47,572 nucleotides of DNA from positions 1 through 47,572 of the forward strand of contig JACQTT010000078.1 in the NCBI GenBank assembly GCA_016210665.1, written 5' to 3'. The first letter of the stretch is position 1. Every line of letters starts with the position of its first letter. Position numbers and translations under genes: made by a program. The notes below the pieces were generated by a model, which was given only the letters and a program-made list of their open reading frames with translations, did not search any database and had not been told where the DNA came from. This DNA comes from Chloroflexota bacterium (GTDB taxonomy: Bacteria; Chloroflexota; Dehalococcoidia; Lucifugimonadales; JACQTT01). Shown here piece after piece: positions 34,863 to 41,966 of this stretch.

Positions 34863-34891
34863 ATTATAAAAAATGAGTAAAGCCTGTTCAA
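34863..34891 (-). promoter_or_regulatory. Sigma70-like promoter TTGAAC-17-TATAAT upstream of the MscS-like gene
   Basis: On the minus strand the -35 is the complement of 34886..34891 and the -10 the complement of 34863..34868. The spacer is exactly 17 nt, and the promoter lies ~60 nt upstream of ATG 34804. Confidence 0.5.
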
Positions 34892-35074
34892 CACCTGGCT
34901 AGGCGATTGTCTTACGTTATGTCAATGGGAAAAACTACCGCAGTAAGCCTGCCATCTTCTCCGATTATGGCAAGCCCTCGGCACCAACACATCAGGACTC
35001 AAGACAGGCTTGCCGGACAGTGAGCGCCCATAGACTCGGGTTTTCAGAATAGCTCCTGGACAGGATTGAGAGAG

Positions 35075-35620
35075 CTAGACGTTGGGGTCAGAAAACTTAT
35101 CCTGCTCTGGATCCTGGAGACCAGCCTCCTTGAATAGCTGACCGTTGCGATGGTAGTGTTTGGCTACGCCTTCAATCATTTGAAGGTGGCGTTCCGTAGT
35201 CTGGCTGCGGACCTCCGCAGGCGCTCCCACGACAAAGGAGTTGGCAGGAATCTCCTTGCGCTCCAGAACCACCGACCCAGCAGCTACTATGGAGTGGTGG
35301 CCAATCACGGCGTCGCCGTTGACCACGGCACCGTTCCCAATCAGCGAGTGGTCTTCGACAGTCTTGGCGTGGCAGATGACGTGATGCCCCAGGGTAACGT
35401 AGTCACCGTAGTATGCTGGGCTGTCGGAATGCACCACGCAGTTATCCTGAATGTCAACGAACTTGCCTATCTTGATCTTATTGACGTTCCCTCTAAGGAT
35501 GGTGCCAGGCCAAATACTTGACCCCTCGCCAATCTCCACGTCCCCTACCACATAAGCGGCTTCACTGACGAAGGCAGTGGGATGAATTCTGGGCGACTTC
35601 CCTCCAAAGCTACGAATCAA
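35075..35620 (-). CDS. Gamma-carbonic-anhydrase-family / hexapeptide-repeat protein (PaaY/YrdA-like)
   Basis: 181 aa, TTG start with AAAGGAGGAG RBS. The protein shows a left-handed beta-helix hexapeptide pattern and the N-terminal signature PRIHPTAFVSEAAYVVGDVEIGEGSSIWPGTILRGNVNKIKIG. Confidence 0.85.
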   Translation of the reverse strand: MIRSFGGKSPRIHPTAFVSEAAYVVGDVEIGEGSSIWPGTILRGNVNKIKIGKFVDIQDNCVVHSDSPAYYGDYVTLGHHVICHAKTVEDHSLIGNGAVVNGDAVIGHHSIVAAGSVVLERKEIPANSFVVGAPAEVRSQTTERHLQMIEGVAKHYHRNGQLFKEAGLQDPEQDKFSDPNV

Positions 35621-35826
35621 GCTCTCCTCCTTTCTTGCTAGGGCCTCTTGCGCAAATCGCCCTTCGGCCTAGAAGAGACCCAGATCTTGTGACCCAATTG
35701 GGTTTACTAAATTGTAGCCACATTTAATGTACCCCTTAACTTATAACACAAAACGTCGGTAAACATAATCATCCTCTGCGCCGATCTACTGTTCCATTCA
35801 ACAGGGAAGTGTAGATCTGTATCTCT

Positions 35827-36147
35827 TTAGTGAGCAGAACTTGGGGTTCTAGCAACTCGCCACCGCCAGCCGCAATCTACGCAGCGACAAGTCCTGAATT
35901 TTAAGAAATGGGCAACTATTAGCAAAGAGGTGGACAGAACATAAGCCAGCAAAGGCAAAAGCCAGACCAACAGTGATCCCATAAGAAGACCGAGGATCAA
36001 CCAAACCAAATATGTAATCCAGATTAGAAGCGCGAGCCGAAGCAGCTGCCTGCGTTGCCTGGAGGATTCTATATCCCAGGGCACACGCACGCGGAGGCTA
36101 TCGCAACGAGGGCAGCTCACGGACAGCTTCTTGGGGAAAGGCTGCAT
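35827..36147 (-). CDS. Small membrane protein with split zinc-ribbon cysteines
   Basis: 106 aa with CPRCDS near the N-terminus and CRCVDCGW near the C-terminus, flanking two TM helices. Its start lies 4 nt after the DUF971 stop, indicating an operon. Confidence 0.5.
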   Translation of the reverse strand: MQPFPKKLSVSCPRCDSLRVRVPWDIESSRQRRQLLRLALLIWITYLVWLILGLLMGSLLVWLLPLLAYVLSTSLLIVAHFLKFRTCRCVDCGWRWRVARTPSSAH

Positions 36148-36150
36148 AAC

Positions 36151-36510
36151 CTAGAAGGTCTCGGCAGGACAATGATCACATTTACAGATGGAACGCAGAT
36201 AGCTATGCGTGTAAATGCCCGTCTTGTGGGCGTCACTAAACAGAAAACGCAGGGCGTACTTACCCTCCATATCGTACGCTACTAGAATGACACCCTGCCT
36301 GGGGACTATCTGGGTTCTATCCAACTTCCTATGATGCCCTTTGCAGACAGCGCAGGGACAGGCGCCGCGCAGGTAATCGAAGGGATAAACGCTCAGGTGG
36401 CCATCATGCCACCGAATATAGAGAGTCCCCTCCTCTTCAGACAGGCGGACGTTTTGAGGCAAGGGCTGCTCATCCTGGGAATAGGCCATCGTCGCTAGGT
36501 AACCCCTCAT
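36151..36510 (-). CDS. DUF971 / gamma-butyrobetaine-hydroxylase-N-terminal-like protein
   Basis: 119 aa with LYIRWHDGHLSVYPFDYLRGACPCAVCKG...ALRFLFSDAHKTGIYTHSYLRSIC, matching the DUF971 pattern. Confidence 0.8.
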   Translation of the reverse strand: MRGYLATMAYSQDEQPLPQNVRLSEEEGTLYIRWHDGHLSVYPFDYLRGACPCAVCKGHHRKLDRTQIVPRQGVILVAYDMEGKYALRFLFSDAHKTGIYTHSYLRSICKCDHCPAETF

Positions 36511-36745
36511 CTATTTTAGCAGCTTCGGGGGATTTGGGCTGCTACTCCCTTCCGACCTCTGGCACCGAAAGGTTTCGACAAATCTTGCGTGCGAGCCGAT
36601 CCGGAATCTCGGGATGCCGAGGTACGGCCTCTACAGCACCGGTGGACATCACCCATAAACGCTTTATTGCTGACCCAGCCATTAGTATAATGCTCTCGGC
36701 AGCTTTATCACAAGGATCGTCACTGATGCCAAAGAAGGGCGGACA

Positions 36746-38047
36746 ATGACTGCTTCACAGATGACAGGTAGCTCCTCCTTGGGGCGCCTGGTTTCCATTC
36801 TCAAGGTGCGCAACTTCTCACTCCTTTGGTGCTCTTCCATTTTTTCAGGCCTATCCGAGAATATGAGCGCCATCATTCTGGCTTGGCTAGTCCTGAAACT
36901 CACCGACTCTCCCTTCTATGTGGGCCTTTGGGCAGCTACTCGCTTCGTCGGAATGCCCCTCGGTATTGTCATCGGCTCTCTGGCTGATCGTTTGCCCAGG
37001 CGGAATCTCCTTCTGGCCGTCAAGGCTCTCATGGTCGCCGTGGCTGCGGGAATGCTCGTCCTTCTTTCAATGGACAAGATAATAATATGGCCCATCTTTG
37101 CCCTCACCTTCATCAAGGGCATATTTACCGCCACCCTGATGCCCGTGCAGCTACCCCTCATAGCGGATGTGGTATCGCCTAAGCAACTGCCCAACGCCCT
37201 GCCTCTGAGCACCATGGGCCAGAACGCCACGTCCCTGTTCGGTCCTTTCCTGGGCGGCCTCCTATTCGCCTTATTAGGCCCTCGTAACTCTTACGCAGTA
37301 GTCCTGGCACTGATCTGCATCGGCATTCTTGCTATTCTGTTGATGCGCCCCGTGGAGCAGCGTTCGGCACCCAGAGGAGAATCCCCTCTGCGAGCAATCT
37401 TAATGGGCATAGCTCACGTCCGTCGCAACGACGTGCTCCTGGGCATTTTGCTCTTGATAGTGGGTTTTAACCTTACTACCTTGATCCTGTCATTTACCCT
37501 AATGCCAGTCTTCGCTAAAGACGTGCTGGGAACCGACGCCAAAGGCCTCGGCTTCCTCATGCTTATGATGGGTGTAGGAGCAATAATAGGGTCCACAGTC
37601 ATGGCCTTTCTCTCCCGAATGCAGTATCTAAGCACAGGTTTCCTTCTCTGGACAAACGTCTTCTGGAATGCGTTAATAATTCTGCTTTCTGTAACCTCGC
37701 TGCTGACCTATTCCTTTGGGCTAGCCGCCTTAATACTTGTCTTCATTGGGCTTTGCCAGAACACCATGATGGTCGGCCCCCATCTTGTGCTGTTGAGGGA
37801 GTCAGACCCCGAGTTCCGAGGAAGGGTAATAGGGCTGCGCAGCGCCGCAATAACCCCTCTAGCCCTCAGCAGCCTCTACGGCGGTGCACTGGCGGAGTTG
37901 TTGGGAACGCCCATGGCACTGATAATTATTTGCCTTGCGGGCATTCTGCTGACGGGTGTTTTAGCCTTTGGTCTTCCCGGTATGTGGAGGCGTATCCCGC
38001 ACCCAGAGACGGGGCGAGCGCAATCGGCTGAGACAACTGTTCCTTAG
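36746..38047 (+). CDS. MFS transporter
   Basis: 433 aa with 12 predicted hydrophobic segments and the MFS loop motif GSLADRLPRRNLL. It belongs to the same family as the fragments at the window start. Confidence 0.9.
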   Translation: MTASQMTGSSSLGRLVSILKVRNFSLLWCSSIFSGLSENMSAIILAWLVLKLTDSPFYVGLWAATRFVGMPLGIVIGSLADRLPRRNLLLAVKALMVAVAAGMLVLLSMDKIIIWPIFALTFIKGIFTATLMPVQLPLIADVVSPKQLPNALPLSTMGQNATSLFGPFLGGLLFALLGPRNSYAVVLALICIGILAILLMRPVEQRSAPRGESPLRAILMGIAHVRRNDVLLGILLLIVGFNLTTLILSFTLMPVFAKDVLGTDAKGLGFLMLMMGVGAIIGSTVMAFLSRMQYLSTGFLLWTNVFWNALIILLSVTSLLTYSFGLAALILVFIGLCQNTMMVGPHLVLLRESDPEFRGRVIGLRSAAITPLALSSLYGGALAELLGTPMALIIICLAGILLTGVLAFGLPGMWRRIPHPETGRAQSAETTVP

Positions 38048-38297
38048 AGTCAGGGGATCAAAGGCGTCATCTGGAGGGATATCTAATGGAGACCAGAAGA
38101 CAGAAACCGAAGGCATCCCGGTTCAGCGCCAAGGCTGTGTTCGAATAGACCGGCAACACCTGGGCCGAGGGGTTTGCCGTTTTCGACGCCCCCGACTTCG
38201 AGGATAAGCGCTTAGGCAGAAAGACTTGAACTCAAAGTGGCACTGGGCAGAAAATTGCTGAAGCTATTCGGAGCCATCCCTAGCTGGGATTGTAAAG

Positions 38298-38327
38298 CTA
38301 CCACTGGACGAACATGGGGATGTATGC
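38298..38327 (-). repeat. dnaN 3'-end repeat, copy E (most distal)
   Basis: CTACCACTGGACGAACATGGGGATGTATGCC. The reverse complement reads ...YIPMFVQW-TAG. Confidence 0.85.
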
Positions 38328-38399
38328 CCAATCATAGCGTTTTACGCGATGATGGCGTGCTGGGTTTCCACGACTCAGTATCGCGTTCGCTGAATCCAT

Positions 38400-38570
38400 T
38401 CAGAAGGCAAGTCCTTGCCACTGCGCTCCTCTGAGGGGAAGGCGCAGTTGGCGGGCCACAGCCTCGGACACGACAGTGAAGGTTGCACCCGTATCCACTA
38501 GGGCTCGGACCGTTAGACTCTGCCCATCAAAGGGGTTGCTAAGCTTTACCTCCACTTCAACGTGTCCCAT
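38400..38570 (-). pseudogene. Truncated retropepsin-like (clan AA) aspartic protease ORF, cassette 4
   Basis: ATG 38570 is preceded by GGAAGGAGA, directly after repeat D. MGHVEVEVKLSNPFDGQSLTVRALVDTGATFTVVSEAVARQLRL carries the DTG active-site motif, but the ORF stops after 56 aa. Proteins of this family that I recall are ~110-130 aa. Confidence 0.5.
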
Positions 38571-38583
38571 GGCTCTCCTTCCC

Positions 38584-38613
38584 CTACCACTGGACAAACA
38601 TGGGGATGTCAGT
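38584..38613 (-). repeat. dnaN 3'-end repeat, copy D
   Basis: CTACCACTGGACAAACATGGGGATGTCAGTG. The reverse complement reads ...DIPMFVQW-TAG. 26 of the first 27 nt are identical to copy E. Confidence 0.85.
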
Positions 38614-38623
38614 GCCTTCGGAG

Positions 38624-39589
38624 TTAGGTTGGAGACTCTGATAAGTTCAATAGATCGGCCAAGCCTACGTTGGCATTTTTGAACTCCTCCATCATGTCAA
38701 ATCCTCTGGGCAATGGCAAATGCTCTCTTAATCTTCCCTGTTCCTTGAGGGTTACATACGTGCCAAAGCGGTCGAGCACAACCCGCGTCAGATAGATGCT
38801 GAACCGCTGCTCCTGGAGCGTAGGCCGTCGAACTTTTTGGGGGTCCTTGACATGCCGAGCAATAGTTATGTTATTAGCGATGGTGAAGAACCGCGTCACA
38901 TGGGATTTCGGGATCATCAGCTCGCGGATCATGACGTCCCTGGAGGTTGTCTTACGAGAGGTAGCCAGACCTGATTGAGACCTTTTGAGGGCATCGAAGT
39001 ATTGCTCCACCCATTCAAGTGACCGCGCACAAAACACAATCGCCTCTTCAGGGATCGAGAGGGCTAGTCGATAGTCCAGCATGGCCAATCTGAAGTGGGG
39101 GGCGATTTCGCTAAGGATCAGGTATGCTCTGCCTTTGCGCAGCTGCTCGGTCGTGATCACAGGAGCATCTCGCCTGGAAACGATTGCCCCGAGTTTTCCC
39201 AATACGTAATTTCGCGAAGCCGGATTGGGGGCGGGCTTATCTTCTATCCATTGGATCGGTTCAAAGTCGTACGGATATCCCACCTGCAAGGTCAATGTGC
39301 TGATTATTGTACGCAGATCCTCTAGCCCCTGCTGGGTCTTGGCGAGCCATTCCTTCGAGTCAGATTCAAACATGATCCACACCAGATCGTCTTTGAAGGA
39401 AAACTGGCAGCGGTCCCCGAGGTTTATCTTGAGGTCGATCTCTCTAAAGGAGCCCTGAGGAAGAAGCCTACAAGTTACAATGAACTGAGAGGGCTTTGCG
39501 TCAGCCGCGCCTTCACCCGCCGCCGGTGTGTCAGAAACGTCCATCATCTGCTGTCCTGCTTGGGATATTTCGTGAGCCAGGATACTCAA
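38624..39589 (-). CDS. Hypothetical protein (321 aa from TTG, 307 aa from ATG 39547), cassette 3
   Basis: This single long ORF fills the cassette between repeats C and D and ends 11 nt before repeat D. No motif was recognised. AGGA lies 6 nt upstream of ATG 39547. Confidence 0.7.
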   Translation of the reverse strand: MSILAHEISQAGQQMMDVSDTPAAGEGAADAKPSQFIVTCRLLPQGSFREIDLKINLGDRCQFSFKDDLVWIMFESDSKEWLAKTQQGLEDLRTIISTLTLQVGYPYDFEPIQWIEDKPAPNPASRNYVLGKLGAIVSRRDAPVITTEQLRKGRAYLILSEIAPHFRLAMLDYRLALSIPEEAIVFCARSLEWVEQYFDALKRSQSGLATSRKTTSRDVMIRELMIPKSHVTRFFTIANNITIARHVKDPQKVRRPTLQEQRFSIYLTRVVLDRFGTYVTLKEQGRLREHLPLPRGFDMMEEFKNANVGLADLLNLSESPT

Positions 39590-39632
39590 CCGGACGTAGC
39601 CTGACCAACTCGCTAAATCTCAAGGCCACGCT

Positions 39633-39662
39633 CTACCACTGCACGAACATGGAAATGACCAC
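39633..39662 (-). repeat. dnaN 3'-end repeat, copy C
   Basis: CTACCACTGCACGAACATGGAAATGACCAC. The reverse complement reads VVISMFVQW-TAG. Confidence 0.85.
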
Positions 39663-39710
39663 GGGTGTGTCGCCCCTGCTCTGTAAAAGAGCAGACAGAA
39701 GACACCCCCT

Positions 39711-39959
39711 TTACCCCACTGCTTCTAGGCGCTGCTCGTTCTGTATGAGAACCTTTGGATTAGCATTTGGCTTGGGAACAGAAAGTCCTCGTTCCTGCAG
39801 AATCGCGATATGCTCCTCTATTCCCCACTTTGCTTGGTAAAGGCAGTCCTCCACCGAATGCCCTATGCCCATGAAGCCCTCGAGGTCAGGGGAGTAGAAC
39901 CCGAAGAACGTCGGGTCTTTAGTCGCTTCTATGACTAACGAGTATTTCAGATCTATCAT
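39711..39959 (-). CDS. hicB: HicB-family antitoxin (UPF0150), cassette 2
   Basis: MIDLKYSLVIEATKDPTFFGFYSPDLEGFMGIGHSVEDCLYQAKWGIEEHIAILQERG is the typical HicB N-terminal fold pattern. Its ATG overlaps the hicA stop (ATGA). Confidence 0.8.
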   Translation of the reverse strand: MIDLKYSLVIEATKDPTFFGFYSPDLEGFMGIGHSVEDCLYQAKWGIEEHIAILQERGLSVPKPNANPKVLIQNEQRLEAVG

Positions 39960-40159
39960 GACCGTCTTCCCCGCCTCTTTATTTCCGCAACCTTCAAAAT
40001 AGCATCGCACATCCCGCTGGGGACTTCCTTGGATCCATGGTAGTCAACCCTGATAATTTTGTCCACTCCCGGTTTGGCGTAGTATCGTATTGACCCCTTT
40101 TCTCTCACGATCGCAAATCCAGCTCGCTCCAACAGCCGGACTAGCTCGTTAAACGTCAA
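39956..40159 (-). CDS. hicA: HicA-family toxin-like protein, cassette 2
   Basis: 67 aa with FNELVRLLERAGFAIVREKGSIRYYAKPG...VDYHGSKEVPSGMCDAILKVAEI (YcfA/HicA pattern). The TTG start lies 10 nt after the repeat-B TAG. The usual GSH histidine reads GSI here. Confidence 0.75.
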   Translation of the reverse strand: MTFNELVRLLERAGFAIVREKGSIRYYAKPGVDKIIRVDYHGSKEVPSGMCDAILKVAEIKRRGRRS

Positions 40160-40168
40160 CTAGCGCCC

Positions 40169-40198
40169 CTACCACTGCACGAACATGGGCATCACGAC
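40169..40198 (-). repeat. dnaN 3'-end repeat, copy B
   Basis: CTACCACTGCACGAACATGGGCATCACGAC. The reverse complement reads VVMPMFVQW-TAG, the same nine residues as the real DnaN C-terminus. Confidence 0.85.
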
Positions 40199-40211
40199 AC
40201 AACTCAACCCG

Positions 40212-40472
40212 TCACAGGTAAGCTTCTCGCCGGTGCTTGATTCGGTACACCCGGACAAGACTTCTCTGATCATCTACAGTATAGAGAATCCTGTAGTCTC
40301 CTATCCTGAGACGCCAGCCCTCCGTCTCTCTGCCTCGCAGTTTCACAGCACCCCTAGGGGTAGGGTCTTCTGCCAGTTGTAGGAGGCGTAGGTCTATCCT
40401 CCGCAACGCTTGCCGAGGTAGCGAGCGTAGCTCCTTCTCTACCCGCCGCTCCAGGAGCACCTTATAGGTCAA
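40212..40472 (-). CDS. relE: RelE/ParE-family type II toxin, cassette 1
   Basis: 86 aa with LERRVEKELRSLPRQALRRIDLRLLQLAEDPTPRGAVKLRG...WRLRIGDYRILYTVDDQRSLVRVYRIKHRREAY, the canonical RelE/ParE pattern. It ends 11 nt before repeat B. Confidence 0.9.
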   Translation of the reverse strand: MTYKVLLERRVEKELRSLPRQALRRIDLRLLQLAEDPTPRGAVKLRGRETEGWRLRIGDYRILYTVDDQRSLVRVYRIKHRREAYL

Positions 40473-40675
40473 AGATTCCCTTTGGCCCTTAGGGCTTTCT
40501 GAATCGTCTGGTAGTCGCGGAAGCCCTTTGCGGTGCGCACAGCCTCGTCCAGGTCCAAGGCGTCTTCCAACTCCTCCAGACGCTTCACAAGCCCCCTGTA
40601 CTCCCGCAGATCTATCACAACGGCCTTCTTACGACCACTTGAATCGGTTAAGTATCTCGTTTTAGCTGTAGCCAC
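40469..40675 (-). CDS. Antitoxin partner of the RelE/ParE toxin (Phd/YefM- or RelB-like), cassette 1
   Basis: It has a 4-nt overlap with the toxin start. The sequence AVVIDLREYRGLVKRLEELEDALDLDEA is antitoxin-like. The preferred GTG start at 40675 lies 8 nt after AGGAG, which itself follows the dnaN TAG. The ORF-track start at 40693 would overlap dnaN. Confidence 0.7.
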   Translation of the reverse strand: MATAKTRYLTDSSGRKKAVVIDLREYRGLVKRLEELEDALDLDEAVRTAKGFRDYQTIQKALRAKGNL

Positions 40676-40686
40676 AGTAGCTGCTC

Positions 40687-40716
40687 CTACCACTGCACAA
40701 ACATCGGCATGACCAC
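40687..40716 (-). repeat. dnaN 3'-end repeat, copy A (authentic gene terminus)
   Basis: CTACCACTGCACAAACATCGGCATGACCAC is the reverse complement of the last nine codons of dnaN plus the stop (VVMPMFVQW-TAG). Confidence 0.9.
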
Positions 40717-41820
40717 ATGGACGTAGTTCTTAGAGCCTACGGGTCTGATAACGCCGGGGCTGGAGGGTGTGCTGGTCTCCAGGGCTACCTCGCCCCTCTC
40801 CAGGACCGATAACACCTCTAGCAGATACCTGCTGTTGAAGGCTATCTTGGCCTCTTCGCCATCTACTTTAGCATCTATCTCTCCCTGGTTGTCCCCCACC
40901 TCCTCGGCACGAGAGGAGATGAGGAGCTTGCCTGCCATAGCCTCGGGCACAGGAGTCATCTGAAGCCTTATGATTCCACTGCCATCCCTGGCAAAGATAG
41001 AAGCGGCACGAGCTGCCCGGGAGAACTCCTGCAGGTCCATGACGGCTCTGGTGCCATACTGTTGGGGGATCAGCTGAGAGTAGTTGGGGAAGGTGCCCTG
41101 AATGAGCTGAGAGACCATCTCCACGTTCTTCAGCCGAAATAGCACCTGGTTCTTGGCAGCAGTCACAGTCATCTCGACCAGCTCCTCCTGATCCCCTATA
41201 AGGCGGTTCAGTTCTTGAAGGGTTCTGGCGGGGACGATGAAGTCCAGAGAATCGGATATTGCCTCCGCCAGAGCGCCAGTATGGACGGCGAGACGGAATC
41301 CATCGGCGGCTGCAAAGGTGAAGGAGTCCCCATTCATCTCTATCTTGACGCCAGTAAGAACAGGGCGAGAATCCTCGGTAGCCGCTGCGAAGACGACCTG
41401 GGATATGGCGGCCTTGAGGTCTTGTGGGGCTACCTTGGCCACTAGGCCCGCCTGGATAGAGGGTATGGGAGGGAACTCCTCGGCGTCAGTGCCGTTGATA
41501 TGAGCCTCGAATCTTGCGCACCGTAGGTGGAGGCCACGGGGACGGGCAGTCATAGCTATGTCTATCTTTTCATTGGGCAGAGAGTTGACAAACTCGGTGA
41601 GCAGCCTTGCCGGCACGGTGACCGCACCCTCCGTCTCCACATCGGCTCCTATCCAGGTACTTATGGCGATCTCAAGGTTGGTGGTCGCTAACTTCAGCCT
41701 TGAATGGTCAGTAGATAAGAGAACGTTCTGGGTTATCGGCAGGGTAGTTCTGGAGGCTACGGCCCTCCCTACTATCCCTAGACCTCGGTTAAGATTTTCT
41801 TGAAGACAGGACAACCGCAT
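40687..41820 (-). CDS. dnaN: DNA polymerase III beta subunit (sliding clamp)
   Basis: 377 aa with MRLSCLQENLNRGLGIVGRAVASRTTLPITQNVLL..., a three-domain clamp length, and C-terminus ...VVMPMFVQW. RBS AAGGGGGG precedes the start. Confidence 0.95.
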   Translation of the reverse strand: MRLSCLQENLNRGLGIVGRAVASRTTLPITQNVLLSTDHSRLKLATTNLEIAISTWIGADVETEGAVTVPARLLTEFVNSLPNEKIDIAMTARPRGLHLRCARFEAHINGTDAEEFPPIPSIQAGLVAKVAPQDLKAAISQVVFAAATEDSRPVLTGVKIEMNGDSFTFAAADGFRLAVHTGALAEAISDSLDFIVPARTLQELNRLIGDQEELVEMTVTAAKNQVLFRLKNVEMVSQLIQGTFPNYSQLIPQQYGTRAVMDLQEFSRAARAASIFARDGSGIIRLQMTPVPEAMAGKLLISSRAEEVGDNQGEIDAKVDGEEAKIAFNSRYLLEVLSVLERGEVALETSTPSSPGVIRPVGSKNYVHVVMPMFVQW

Positions 41821-41847
41821 ATTATTACCCCCCTTCAGTCTGAGGCT

Positions 41848-41876
41848 AGTATAAGATTACAATTAAAGGGCGTCAA
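41848..41876 (-). promoter_or_regulatory. Sigma70-like promoter TTGACG-17-TATACT upstream of dnaN
   Basis: On the minus strand the -35 is the complement of 41871..41876 and the -10 the complement of 41848..41853. The spacer is 17 nt, and the promoter lies ~28 nt upstream of ATG 41820. Confidence 0.5.
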
Positions 41877-41966
41877 TGCCTTGAGGCACTTGCTTCTAAG
41901 AGCTTCGTCAATTTGCCATCACCGGATGAATCATTATATACTAGTGCTTAATTCCGAAAGAAAGTT

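Larger units (their letters stand above)
38298..40716 (-). other. Array of four co-oriented gene cassettes delimited by five copies of the dnaN 3' terminus
   Basis: Repeat starts are at 40687 (authentic dnaN end), 40169, 39633, 38584 and 38298, giving spacings of 518, 536, 1049 and 286 bp. Every cassette ORF is on the dnaN strand and starts shortly after the repeat TAG. No recombinase gene lies inside the array. Confidence 0.8.

Noticed and set aside
38048-38297. Short plus-strand ORF with a GGAGGG RBS (ATG 38086, 20 codons, then an in-frame TAG followed by ...TGNTWAEGFAVFDAPDFEDKRL...) beyond the last dnaN repeat
   Set aside because: It is too short and interrupted. It may be a remnant of an older gene or cassette, but there is no motif support.
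38298-40716. Five regularly recurring ~30-nt repeats could be mistaken for a CRISPR array
   Set aside because: The spacings are 286-1049 bp and unequal, the intervals contain complete protein-coding operons, the repeat is the coding 3' end of dnaN, and no cas genes are present.
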